Notes: generated from the letters alone by a model not told the origin. Positions 12,930 to 25,556 are shown, numbered from the stretch's first letter. The stretch: DNA of 50,507 nt from Octopus bimaculoides (GCF_001194135.2 NC_068988.1:48995634-49046140), one strand, 5' to 3'. Program-made: numbers and translations.

Positions 12930-12930
12930 G
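12625..12930. repeat. (CATA)n/(TACA)n arrays enclosing a ~150-bp unique island
   Basis: CATA arrays at about 12625-12660 and 12811-12930, read directly. Confidence 0.85.
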
Positions 12931-14544
12931 ATACATTGAAACAGCTACTAGTCTAGTTTGGTTAATATTTTAGTTGACAAAATGAATGGAAATGAGCGCC
13001 ATGTGCGTTGGCGGAGAACACTGGCTAGATTGATTTTCATTGAACAATAGCAGTAAGATGAAACTTTCCCCTCCCTAAGCACTACGAATAAGAAGTTTTA
13101 CTACAAATAACTGGATGAGTGTACTCTCAGGTCCGAACACTTCTCATCTCAAAAATTCTAGGAAAACTATACCGTAATGACATGGAAGAGTAAAGGGCCG
13201 CTATTATAAAACTGCCTCCCAAAATGCGTATAAAACTTGACTAAACTGTTCATTAGATTTATAACTGGAAACTGAATGCATTTCTCACTAGCATAATGAA
13301 TGAAAATATTCAAAAACCGTACAGCTAATGCAAGGATGACTTGAGAGATTCGTTTGTGTACAAGCAAAATTTTCCAGCAAAAATGAAAATCTCAATAAAG
13401 AGACTGAGGCGCTAGACTTACAAGGTGGCACAAATGGCATTGAACAAACATTTTGAACGTGTTGCTCCAGTCTGGCATTTACTATGATATCTAAAATGCG
13501 TTGAAGGACGAAAACACAAAGAATTTATCAGACTTTCAAATGTCTTACTTTTGCTATTTCAACCGACATAAAGTAAACAAGCAGAATATAAAGTATCTGC
13601 ATACATGTATGTAAACAAGTAGGATAAAATGAATGTTTGAAAAACATGTGTAAAAAAGCAGCATATTATGTTTCTGTACAGACACTTGTAAACAGGCAGA
13701 ATATAAATTGTTTCCATGCAGATACTTTTGTTTCCTTTCGCATTTTTAAGAATTTCTGTTAAAAATTTATATTTCGGGAAAAATGACATTTTACATGCAT
13801 ATAATCCAACTCAATTTTCTTTTACTTGTCTTTAAAATAACAAAAAATTAATACGTTCATTGTTTTTCTTAAATTTCAGGTAGTAAAATAAATATAATTT
13901 CAGGAAGAAATTTTTTATCAGAATATTGTGATATTGTGCAAAGACGCATGAACTCACATATTTGTGGTTGTATGTGAGTACGAGTGTTTGTGTACTTATG
14001 TGGAGTGTTTCTCTGTGTGCATATTTGTAGCTGTCTCTTTTTGCGAAATGTCGTTATGGACTAACTGAAGACAATACACTAAAATATAAAATATATTATG
14101 TATTTCATCTCGAGACATTTTACATTTCATTACACAAACTTTTATGCCTGTAGTCAATTCCCAGACGATATTACATGATAGTGGGAAATCCATATCGGTC
14201 GTAGGATACCAAATGAAAAGAACCATGTATTAACGGATTTTTGGTTAGTTCTATTCCATTTTTTCAGATGGTAATGTGTTGATGTATATCTCGCAGATTA
14301 ATCTGGTTCGAATGTTTCACTGTAATTACATGGATAGGAATAATATTCGAGTCGATACTTCGACACTGATTTGGTATCACTCTTTAGAATATATGCTGTT
14401 TCATTTTATGTCTCGAATATATGTGTATATATAAATGTTGTCTTCGAATTTCAATTACTTGAAATCTTCCTGAAAGAAAGGAGACAAATTCTAAGAGAAG
14501 TACACAGTTACATCATTGTAATGTAGATAACAAAAGCAATGATG

Positions 14545-16010
14545 TCACATGTTAAATTTCAGAAAAGTCTTGCCTATTTTTACTGTTGTGCTTATAGATT
14601 GTCTTTCTAATGTGTGTGCTTGATGGTTAATTTATATTTCGCAAATACCTAGCTTTTCTAGGTTGCCTATTACGCATTAAATAACAAAAACAAGTTCACT
14701 AATTATTCGTATGCACAGGCAAGGCTGTGTGGTAAGAAGCTTGCTTTTCAACCACGAGGTTCAGGTTCAGTCCCTTTGAATGGTACCTTCTACTATAGGC
14801 TCGGACCAACCAAAACCTTGTGAGTGTACTTGGTACATGGAAACTAGAAGAAGCCCGTCGTATATACATGTGTGTGTGTGTGTGTGTGTGTATGTGTGTG
14901 CGTGTATTTATGTGTGTGTGTATCACCTAAAGCTTAACAACCACTATTTGTTTTTTATGTCTTTGTAACTTAGAGATTCGTTAAAAGAGACCGACTGAAT
15001 AAGTATGGGCCCAATTCATTCGACTAAAAATTCTTCAAGGTGATCTCCCAGCACCGCCTCAGACTTATGACTGAAGCAAGTGAAAGATAAATGTGAATTT
15101 TTAATATGGTTACACAATCTGAAGGATTCGAAGCAGTTGTCCGTAGTCATATTCTTTGTGATTCTCGAAAAGATGTTTACACCACTCCTTTACGATGTCC
15201 TTTATGACGGTGCATTCGTTGTGCACATTCGCACGTACTCACTCACATAAACAATTATATCCAGCCTGTTACTTTTGCATTTGGTAGACGTTTTGATAGG
15301 AATGTTCCACCAGTATTCTGAATATTGATATTTATGATGGCCTTCGACGACAGAGAATTTTCTATGTTTATCTTATTTCGAGAATGTTCTTTCTTTTATC
15401 TTTTTGTTTTGGATGGCCTTGTCTTTTGCCTTAGCGACAATGTCATGTCGCATTCAGATGTGGCACATTTGGGCAGCTGCTGATTGCATGAGTGATGTCT
15501 TCCATAATCGATATTTTAGGCTTTATTTGGGGTATCTAAGGCCTTCAATCCCACTTTAGTTCAGCACGTACTTTGTAGCAAGCTTCTGCTCCTGCATGCA
15601 AACACATAAACTTAGGAGTGTGAAGTCTCTAGTCCAAGAAAAGCTGCACTTCATGTGGATTTTAGTTTCATCTTGAAGTCGTGGAGAATAATAACCATGC
15701 TTAGCTTCCTTTTTTTTTACGCTGAGCTTTCCAGACCCAGGACATTTTTTAAGTACATTAGACCAGCTGTTTTAGGGTTCGTCACGCAGAATGCTTCCTG
15801 AATATTTCACTGCAGACTCGTGTGATATTGTCTCATTCGTGTTTTAGTCTTAGGTTTATATATTTATTTGCTATGTTGTTGTATATCAGGTGCCACCAGA
15901 GATATTCTATATGACATCGAAATACTGTCCGTCCCGAACTCAGACCCCTGCCTCATTCGTCTCTTCTTAGGTGGAAACACTCGATATCACAGTTTCTATG
16001 GAATTTTCGA
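14545..16010 (-). pseudogene. R4/Dong-like RLE retrotransposon 3' ORF remnant (post-RT region, zinc knuckle, RLE domain), split by a SINE
   Basis: The minus strand, with stops and frameshifts, gives in order RKFHRNCDIECFHLRRDE*GRGL, KHGYYSPRLQDETKIHMKCSFSWTRD, MQEQKLATKY, MEDITHAISSCP..MRHDIVAK, EYWWNIPIKTSTKCKSNRLDIIV and YGQLLRILQ. After the SINE it gives GNLEKLG...RQSISTTVKIGKTFLKFNM* (stop 14545-14547). It is colinear with the copies at 28-29 kb. Confidence 0.85.
14714..15091 (+). mobile_element. tRNA-headed SINE family C, full length, with internal (TG)n
   Basis: Head GGCTGTGTGGTAAGAAGCTTGC...GGTTCAGTCCC (A/B-box-like), internal (TG)n at about 14869-14921, and AAAGATAAA end. An antisense homologue lies at 35168-35558. 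Confidence 0.85.
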
Positions 16011-16161
16011 TTTGAAGACAGGATTTTGCAGTATTTCATGCCTACGGAAGAGATTTCCTGAACAGACTAGGGGTGAGTCCTAAACATTATCATTAGCATT
16101 GGTACTGCAAATATATTGTAGAATATTGACTTTTTTGTAAGAGGAGAGCATTGAGTGCTAT

Positions 16162-16542
16162 TGTGGAGGCGCAATGGCCCAGTGGTTAGGGCAGCGGACT
16201 CGCGGTCATAGGATCGTGGTTTCGATTCCCAGACTGGGCGTTGTAAGTGTTTATTGAGCAAAATCACCTAAAGCTCCACGAGGCTCCGGCAGGGGATGGT
16301 GGTGAACTCTTCCACCACAACTTTCTCTCACTCTTTCTTCCTGTTTCTTTTGTACATGTATTTCAAAGGGCCAGCCTTGTCACACTGTGTCACGTTGAAT
16401 ATCCCCGAGAACTACGCTAAGGGTACACGTGTCTGTGGAGTGCTCAGCCACTTGGACGTTAATTTCACGAGCAGGCTGTTCCGTTGATTGGATCAACTGG
16501 AACCCTCGACGTTGTAAGCGACGGAGTGCCAACAACAACAAC
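16162..16542 (+). mobile_element. tRNA-derived SINE family A, full length
   Basis: A-box TGGCCCAGTGG, B-box GGTTTCGATTCCC and (AAC)n tail. TSD GAGTGCTAT at 16153-16161 and 16543-16551. Two further copies are in the window. Confidence 0.92.
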
Positions 16543-18315
16543 GAGTGCTATATGTTTTTAAAGTCTGGTGTAATTTTCTCGGGCCACTCAATCTTTGTTA
16601 ATCGGCTTCAGCATCTTCGTATGATATATTTTCATCAATGACTGACGTATTAGTAACATTATTTGTGTGTAACAGAGAAAGACCGTTGATGCATAGCTTC
16701 TGGATTTGGGGAGATTNNNNNNNNNNNNNNNNNNNNNNNNNNNNNNNNNNNNNNNNNNNNNNNNNNNNNNNNNNNNNNNNNNNNNNNNNNNNNNNNNNNN
16801 NNNNNNNNNNNNNNNNNNNNNNNNNNNNNNNNNNNNNNNNNNNNNNNNNNNNNNNNNNNNNNNNATATGCATTTATATATGTACACATACACACACACAC
16901 ATGCATAAATATAATATACATATTGAGAGAGATATGTATGTATGTATGTATTGAAAATATGTTTTCACTTAAATATTGAGAATTATGTCTCCGAAAGAGC
17001 CTTCTTAGCTGCTCGTCTCTTCCACTTTTCTCGCATGCTTTAAACTCACCACTTAAGATCCTGTCTCCCACCAGCTGTTAGCTAAGCCAGCTTGTTTTCC
17101 ATCCATCTATATTAACGATCATTACGAAGGTTTTAAAACGCAAGTTTTGTTGCATATATCTATAATGCATTGTTCCATGTTTGTTTCCTTTAGTTTTGCA
17201 TTCTTTACTCTGTCGTCATTCATTCCTACTTTCATTCATATTTCATCATTTTCATAATCTAAATCGCTTTTCTGAATAGCGAAATGGGTGACTATTTTGC
17301 AAGTTTCGATCACATCGAATACATAAACAGATTTCTTGCACAAACGCACGATATATTTATATATATATATATATATANNNNNNNNNNNNNNNNNNNNNNN
17401 NNNNNNNNNNNNNNNNNNNNNNNNNNNNNNNNNNNNNNNNNNNNNNNNNNNNNNNNNNNNNNNNNNNNNNNNNNNNNNNNNNNNNNNNNNNNNNNNNNNN
17501 NNNNNNNNNNNNNNNNNNNNNNNNNNNNNNNNNNNNNNNNNNNNNNNNNNNNNNNNNNNNNNNNNNNNNNNNNNNNNNNNNNNNNNNNNNNNNNNNNNNN
17601 NNNNNNNNNNNNNNNNNNNNNNNNNNNNNNNNNNNNNNNNNNNNNNNNNNNNNNNNNNNNNNNNNNNNNNNNNNNNNNNNNNNNNNNNNNNNNNNNNNNN
17701 NNNNNNNNNNNNNNNNNNNNNNNNNNNNNNNNNNNNNNNNNNNNNNNNNNNNNNNNNNNNNNNNNNNNNNNNNNNNNNNNNNNNNNNNNNNNNNNNNNNN
17801 NNNNNNNNNNNNNNNNNNNNNNNNNNNNNNNNNNNNNNNNNNNNNNNNNNNNNNNNNNNNNNNNNNNNNNNNNNNNNNNNNNNNNNNNNNNNNNNNNNNN
17901 NNNNNNNNNNNNNNNNNNNNNNNNNNNNNNNNNNNNNNNNNNNNNNNNNNNNNNNNNNNNNNNNNNNNNNNNNNNNNNNNNNNNNNNNNNNNNNNNNNNN
18001 NNNNNNNNNNNNNNNNNNNNNNNNNNNNNNNNNNNNNNNNNNNNNNNNNNNNNNNNNNNNNNNNNNNNNNNNNNNNNNNNNNNNNNNNNNNNNNNNNNNN
18101 NNNNNNNNNNNNNNNNNNNNNNNNNNNNNNNNNNNNNNNNNNNNNNNNNNNNNNNNNNNNNNNNNNNNNNNNNNNNNNNNNNNNNNNNNNNNNNNNNNNN
18201 NNNNNNNNNNNNNNNNNNNNNNNNNNNNNNNNNNNNNNNNNNNNNNNNNNNNNNNNNNNNNNNNNNNNNNNNNNNNNNNNNNNNNNNNNNNNNNNNNNNN
18301 NNNNNNNNNNNNNNN

Positions 18316-18349
<34 letters not shown>

Positions 18350-20249
18350 GCAAATGTTTATATATACATGCATACGTATACAATTACATAAATATCCACG
18401 TACAAAACCACGCACTCATACTCTTAGACTCACACACATACACATACAAACACTCACAAAGGAAAGGAGGTAGAGAAACAATATTTTGACCTCCACCTAC
18501 TAATGAATAAAACAAGACAAAATTGTGGTCTTCATTATTCATATATTACCAGTGAATGGTAAACAATTTCGTTTTCTTTTTTTCACTATTACCTTACTTG
18601 TTTCGTATATTTTATTTTTTTATAGTAGTATATCCGAAGATTTGTATATGATGTTGGGAATATATAGTTCGTCTTAGTTCCAATTCGATGCAAGCATCAG
18701 TTACAGCCCACAGACGATCTTGTGACATGTTTGTCCAGTAACAGTTCCTTCTTGAGTATGTAGAGGTGATTGGAAACCTAAACTGCAAGATAACCGGTCA
18801 GACACCATGGGTGAACCACTACAAGTTCTTGTGATCTATTTATCATGCAACTAATCAGCGTGAAGTTGTAACATAATGTTGTTTTCTAGAATATTCTTCT
18901 TGTACTTTATAACAGACTATTTTTAGAGCTTCTTAATCGCACAATGTTGATGGCAGCTGAGCGATATATGCCTGTATTCTTGCCACTCCAACTTTTCCAG
19001 ACACCAGCGCAGTCATCTCCAGGTTCTCAGACAATGCCATTCTAAACATTCACATAATGTCTCATTAGTAACTTCAACAGGCACGGCGCGGATTTTCTCT
19101 CTCCCCCAGCACGTAATTATGAATTTAATTAATTGTAAATTCCCCAAAACAATACATTTGTGTCAGACAGCAAATATTTCAGTTAAATGTTCGCAGGTTT
19201 TGTTTCAGTTATTATTCACACAGTCAACGAATTATAATCTTCATTTACCAACTACCATTGTACCAGCCAAGCAACAGCTGCGGCAAATATAAGCTTACTA
19301 GACGAAATATTACTTCATAAGAAAATCCAGGAGTGTCGCACAATGATTTGGAATAATATTTTACAACTGTTAGGTTTACATTTAATCCATGTCTTCAAGT
19401 CATAGTTCTCCAAAGCTGTAACAGTTTTTCTTTTTATGTCAATGCATTTAAAATTTTTTGCTATATACATTAGAATTGTAAATGTCCGGAAACGATACGC
19501 ACCTTCTGACCGAAAAACTTTATGATATAGACAGGTTTTGTCATAAGAATGAAAAAGTCTCAAATTTTTTTTATCTTTTGTAGCTTCGAACTTTGTTAGA
19601 CGAATTGTGACAGAATAAAGAATTGAAAATAAAAGGAAAAAAAAAGGAAAGAAAAAAGAAAATAGTTCGGAAATAACGATTTTTCACGTGTCAGGATCCT
19701 TTGTCTGGCTTTCATGATTTGACTGGTTCTCAATAAAAATATTTTGCTTTCTCTCGTTTGCTTGTAGTTAAATTTCAATTCACTTTATCTTAGCGACATG
19801 TTTCGATTCTGTCAGTGGATTCTGTCAAATTGATCTTACAGTTTCTGCAGATTTGAAAAATTGTAAAAAGAACTGTCATAGCTGCCCTCTTCAACATCAG
19901 CGTTTCGTACTAACCTATAACAACATGCTGCATATATTAATAGAAGCAAAAATGTTGAGCTAGTTGAATGACGTAAGTATTGATTTCAAAGAGGACATTT
20001 GTTAAATAGCCCCTGATACTATATTGCTAGTCTTTGACTGCAGAGTCAATTTTATATCATTGAGATGTTACAGACATGGTTTCACACTATCCATCCCAGC
20101 TAACTACCGCGAAGGTGGCACATATTGCCTTGATTGGCAATCAGTATATTTCATTAAATTTGCAGCGTTTTCGAAATATAGGACGAGATATAAGAACTGT
20201 CAAAATTTCTCAAAATAGGTACCTAACAGAAATTGACGGAAAATTATCC

Positions 20250-20740
20250 CCTGAGGGCTCGTGAGAAGCGTATTCTTCAAAAATATAGATGTCTGGGATG
20301 TCCATATTCGGGAATTTAGCTCCGAATATAAAGTTTGGCATAATTTGGTTAAATTGACTCTTGGAGAGTGGTTGAGGGCTCATTGGGAGCGTATTGATAA
20401 AGCTATTTTAGAAATTTATACGTGTTCCAAATTTTGGGGTCTGGGGCCGAATTTCCATATTTGAGTATTTTTGTCTAAGATGAAAAATTGCCATCGGTTG
20501 TGTGAAAAAAGTTTGCAAGATAGTTGAGACATCTTTAGATAACAGTCCTGGAAATTTACGAAACTTGGGAACTTTTGGAAATCTTGGTCTTGGGGATGAA
20601 TTTCCAAATTTGCACATTTCAAGAGCAAAACACAAAAATTGGTATAAGTTGAGTCAAATAGCGATTGGAAGGTGGTTGAGAGCTCCTGATAAGCGTATTG
20701 ATAAAAAAAAACATGGACATTATTGGGCTCATTGGAAGCA
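20250..20740. repeat. Degenerate modular repeat (possible DNA-transposon-derived non-autonomous element)
   Basis: The motif GAGGGCTC(N)..GAAGCGTATTGATAA recurs at about 20252, 20370, 20674 and 20725. The motif TTGG(G)GTCT(T)GGGG..GAATTTCCA.ATTT recurs at about 20434 and 20584. Confidence 0.5.
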
Positions 20741-21396
20741 TTGGTCTGGACCGAAATCACCATCCTTTTTTGAGTTTTGAGCCAAAAACATTTAAATGGG
20801 TATACTTTAGATTAAAATGAAAAACATATACGATTTACCACAAAGATGCTTGCATGAACATATACCACCATCTCGTGAAACAAGTAATCATCAAATGTTA
20901 CAGCAGTAGTAGCCATATTTTTGTTCTTACAGTAACAAAATGGCCATATACATCACATTGACTGCAAAAGGGTTGTGCCTTCATTTTCACGTCAATAATC
21001 AATGGATGAGAAACAGTCCACATCCTCTTCAGTGTATCGACGTGGGTTGTCATTTGAGAATTTTTCTACAACCTTCTATTCCACTTACCTCAAAGTTCCT
21101 AAGTCCTTCACCATCGTTTAACTCAATTCCCAGGAATGACCTAGAATTCTATGTAACACTGGTATGATACTTATGGAGGATTCAGCAATATGTTGATTGA
21201 GGACTTGAGGAAAATTTTCAGAAAGAAAATTGTAAGCATTTAAGAAAATGTTCTTGCACTTTTCTGCATCAACTTACTTCTTGGAGTGAACATTCGCAAA
21301 ATCACAGATAGAGAATGACCATAGCATAAGATCAATAATAATTAAGAAACATTGCTCAAACAGTAGCAACTTTTCTGACATTATAATTTGAGCTTC

Positions 21397-22032
21397 AGGT
21401 GAATTTTAAGCACCTAAATTTCCATCTTCCTTAGAATACCTAGTAATAAATTTGAAGCTTGTTTTATTTCATAATTAGCCCCTGAGATTTTTCCAGGGTG
21501 AGCTCATCTGGAAGATTACTAAATATACTTTAAGACATATATATGGTTTATATATAATGCATGAAGTGTACAAAGAGATTTGAATCCGTTCACACGCATA
21601 GAGATCATTGAAAAACAGGCAAAATTTATGGATTTTTTCCACACACATTTGATTCGAGTTATAAGAATAACCAAAAGTCTGAGGCTGTTTTAAATGATTT
21701 TCCATCATTTCATACTCTTACGAAAACTTAGCACGTTATTTTTAGATTTAGGAAGAAAATAGAAACGTTGCGTGGTCCTGATAAAATTCACCTCCCGAAA
21801 TTTTGTTCTCCCCATCTGGATACTGAATGCAAATTTGAAATCTGTTTTTGTAAACTGTCACGTTAGATTTTTTGGCGGGGTTGAGCTCATCTGAAAGCTT
21901 GTTAAATGTACTCTAAGTAATATACAGGGTTTCTACGTGGTGCATGAAATGTAAAAGCAGGTTTTGGGGTCGAATCCTAATACACAGTGAGGCATTATTG
22001 AAACAAAAAAAGGCAAAATTTATGGATATTTT
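21397..22032. repeat. Diverged ~160-bp direct repeat plus 12-bp inverted repeat
   Basis: 21485-21638 resembles 21864-22032 (shared GAGCTCATCTG, TGCATGAA.TGTA, GGCAAAATTTATGGAT). AGGTGAATTTTA at 21397-21408 is inverted at 21782-21793. Confidence 0.55.
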
Positions 22033-24376
22033 GGATTCTCCCTTCTTTTTATGCATTCTCCCTTCTTAACGTATATGCATTTATTAGAGCAATTTAGAAT
22101 GAATGAAGCTTTGCCAAATGTCTAACACTCCGCCCATTGTGTAGCTGCTATAGTATAGCAATCGACTGGATCTGTGACAAACATATTCAATGTTTCGCAT
22201 TGGTGACAAAATAACAAAAAGATCTTCATAAAGTATTATGCTCTGTATTTCATAAGGGTACCATTCCATTTTTATATCGTTGACCCCTGCTATTTTGTAA
22301 AGAAAATACGTGGTTTTAACTCAATGTTTCCTTTGCAATCTCAGAATCTATTTTCACACAGCAGTAATGAAAAGACAGAAATATCTCTTGATACTTACAC
22401 TCCTAATATATCTTTTAGCGAGAACATATGATAAATGTTGTCTGTGCGACACAACGTATGTGGAATTTTAAGTTGCATCAAATATATATAAATAGTATTT
22501 TACCTTTGATCCGTCAAAGACTAGGTGTCTCAAAATGATACTGTAGTAAAGAGGAATATATTCATTTTATGATTCAGCTGACAAATAACATGCTTGCAAA
22601 CTTTTTTCTTTCCACTGCCTTTCTTTGATCTTCTTGACATAGGTTTAATGTACGAGTTCCCGATTAGGTAAAAGTTCAACCAGCCTAAGGAAGTTTTCAT
22701 TGTCAGCCTCAACTATAAGATGATAGATAGCATGGAATGCTAACGTTTTTTTCGCACCCAAATAATATCATTAAGACAATATTAGGCCAATAGCGCATCC
22801 GTTATACTTTGCTTAAACGAAAAATGTTCCCAGTTTCTCCTACATTGTACTGTTTCATTCGAGCTCTCTCTATATGTAAATCGATTTATACTTATTATTA
22901 CATTGATTCTTACATATTGTCACACAATTTATTTTCGCAGTTTTTTTCTGCGGTAGACCATCAATTTTCTGTTGTCAAAATTGATGCATTAACCCCGCTT
23001 TTCCCAAAGAGTCGACTTAGTAAACAAAAAACGACAAGGCTTCCTGGCATTGCATAGAAGATAATATCTCTTGGATATTTCACCCTTCTTAATCACGTGT
23101 TTAAAGATTGCAACTGGTAAAGATTGCTACTCACCATTGCTTAAAAATGTTCTGAACAATAGAATGTCATTCTGACACGAAATTGTCAATGTTCTCTCTA
23201 TGCCTTTATATTAAATTCCCAATATCAAATCAATTGCGTTGTCATTGATGTTTTTCTTTTTCAGATTGTAACCCCTAAGTTACATCTATTTCCTATATTC
23301 GAACAAAAAAAAAAGGCTCTTTCGATAGATTTCATAATATAATGCAATAAGAATTACACAGCACGTGCTTGAGAATAAGGGTTTGAAATAGAAAAAAAAA
23401 TACGTCAAACGTCAATCAGGGTAATTTTTACATAACTGTCTATCTGAATGTGCATAAATATTTTCATGTTTACAAAGTCAATTAAATAGTGCATCTTACA
23501 AAACGTTCATATCTATTCTCAAAGTCAATTGGATATTTTGTGTTGTAAGAAAAATATCTAATCGACATCGAGAAGCGAACGAAATCAGTTTTGTGATGCG
23601 TTCGGCTCGGATATGCCTCTTGTTAAGACTCACCGAACGAGAGTAGTTCGAGGTTAGAAAAAGCAATTGAGTGAATAGTTTTAACGTTTTGTATTTGTGC
23701 CATCCGTGTGCTATTGGATCGTGAAAGGGACGCAGAAGCAAATAAATTTAACATACGCGTTTCAGTTTGGTGGGGAAATAACCACCACCACTGCATTTCT
23801 AATCAATATAACCTGAATCATGTTTTGAAGCCGATAGTAGAGAATTGATTCTGTTCTCTATCTTGCCTGTCCGACTGTAAGTAGACTGGGAAAATCAGCT
23901 TTTCATCTGTTTGTCTTGAATAAATCGAACAAAAACTTGTTCTGTTTAAATAGGTAAAAGATGTCTCACGGTATACTAGTCTCTGAGAATCTAGAATTAG
24001 TGATTAGGTACAATAAGACTTGCGACAAGACAGTGAAGCGAAAATGTTAGAATTCGAATGGATTAAGTATTTAGAATTTTTACTGAAATGAATTGCTTTG
24101 ATTAAGATATAGATTTTAGACCTGTGTTAAATATTGGTTCGATTACAGGGCATCCAATTATAAATCTTTGTTATTTTGTGGGTCTGAATATGTTCATGCA
24201 TATGAATATGTATATGTATATGTGTACTTGTTTCGGTGTGCATACGTGTGTGTGCGCGCACGCGTGTTTACGTGGATGCGTGTAAGTGTGCAGATTTCCT
24301 AATGGGCAAACATTTTTTGGATACCTTCTTTTGATAACTGACACATAGATAAATAAAGAGTAAGATATATATATAT

Positions 24377-24390
24377 AGATCGGAAGAGCG
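24377..24390 (+). other. Illumina adapter remnant (contamination)
   Basis: AGATCGGAAGAGCG, the start of the Illumina paired-end/TruSeq adapter, ends exactly at the contig edge before gap 24391-24452. Confidence 0.85.
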
Positions 24391-24570
24391 NNNNNNNNNN
24401 NNNNNNNNNNNNNNNNNNNNNNNNNNNNNNNNNNNNNNNNNNNNNNNNNNNNTATATATATATATATAGATAGATAGAGAGAGAGAGAGAGAGAGTAAAA
24501 CTAGTGAGAAAAGGCAAGTGAATGAGTTTACTTGTGTGTGTGTGTTTGTGTGTATGTGTGTGTGTGTGTC

Positions 24571-24605
<35 letters not shown>

Positions 24606-25520
24606 GTGTACATGTATGTATTCATTAATGAAATCAAATAATTAAAGTACTGAAACGGAATAAAGGCGTTAAAAAATGGACACGTTGGTGGAAGGGAAAT
24701 GAGCTCGAGGCGAGGGCCAGTAGAGAATTACAGCAATGCTGGTCACATTCCCAAGATAACAATCCATACTCTCAAATGCTTTTAGAAACTCATCTAGTGT
24801 TAAATTAACATTGCTTTGTAGCGAAATAACTGATTGATCAGTCCATTTAACCTAATTCATGTCACTGCTAGGGAAAACTTCTTATTGTATCACAACATAC
24901 TTCTATAATTTACTTTTTCAGAATATTCTCAGGTAGCTAATTACAAAAGGTATGTTACAGAACTCATCAAGTACCTGATAAGTTACAGGGTTTAAGGCCA
25001 TGAGTAATCTTAGGTGCAAAAATATTGGAAATCATTTGTGCGTGTTTGTATGTGTGTATATATATATATATATATATNNNNNNNNNNNNNNNNNNNNNNN
25101 NNNNNNNNNNNNNNNNNNNNNNNNNNNNNNNNNNNNNNNNNNNNNNNNNNNNNNNNNNNNNNNNNNNNNNNNNNNNNNNNNNNNNNNNNNNNNNNNNNNN
25201 NNNNNNNNNNNNNNNNNNNNNNNNNNNNNNNNNNNNNNNNNNNNNNNNNNNNNNNNNNNNNNNNNNNNNNNNNNNNNNNNNNNNNNNNNNNNNNNNNNNN
25301 NNNNNNNNNNNNNNNNNNNNNNNNNNNNNNNNNNNNNNNNNNNNNNNNNNNNNNNNNNNNNNNNNNNNNNNNNNNNNNNNNNNNNNNNNNNNNNNNNNNN
25401 NNNNNNNNNNNNNNNNNNNNNNNNNNNNNNNNNNNNNNNNNNNNNNNNNNNNNNNNNNNNNNNNNNNNNNNNNNNNNNNNNNNNNNNNNNNNNNNNNNNN
25501 NNNNNNNNNNNNNNNNNNNN

Positions 25521-25556
<36 letters not shown>

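Noticed and set aside
16163-16240. tRNA gene-like A/B boxes
   Set aside because: They continue into a ~300-nt repeated body with a tail and TSD. This is a SINE head, not a tRNA gene, and the same applies to the other copies.
19788-19841. GAAACATGTC hammerhead-like half on the minus strand
   Set aside because: There is no CUGANGA core or stem I. The apparent stem II is really a 10-nt direct repeat (GATTCTGTCA twice).
22084-22269. VILSPMRN resembling a Helitron/PIF1 helicase motif
   Set aside because: It is a single weak motif with no supporting neighbours.
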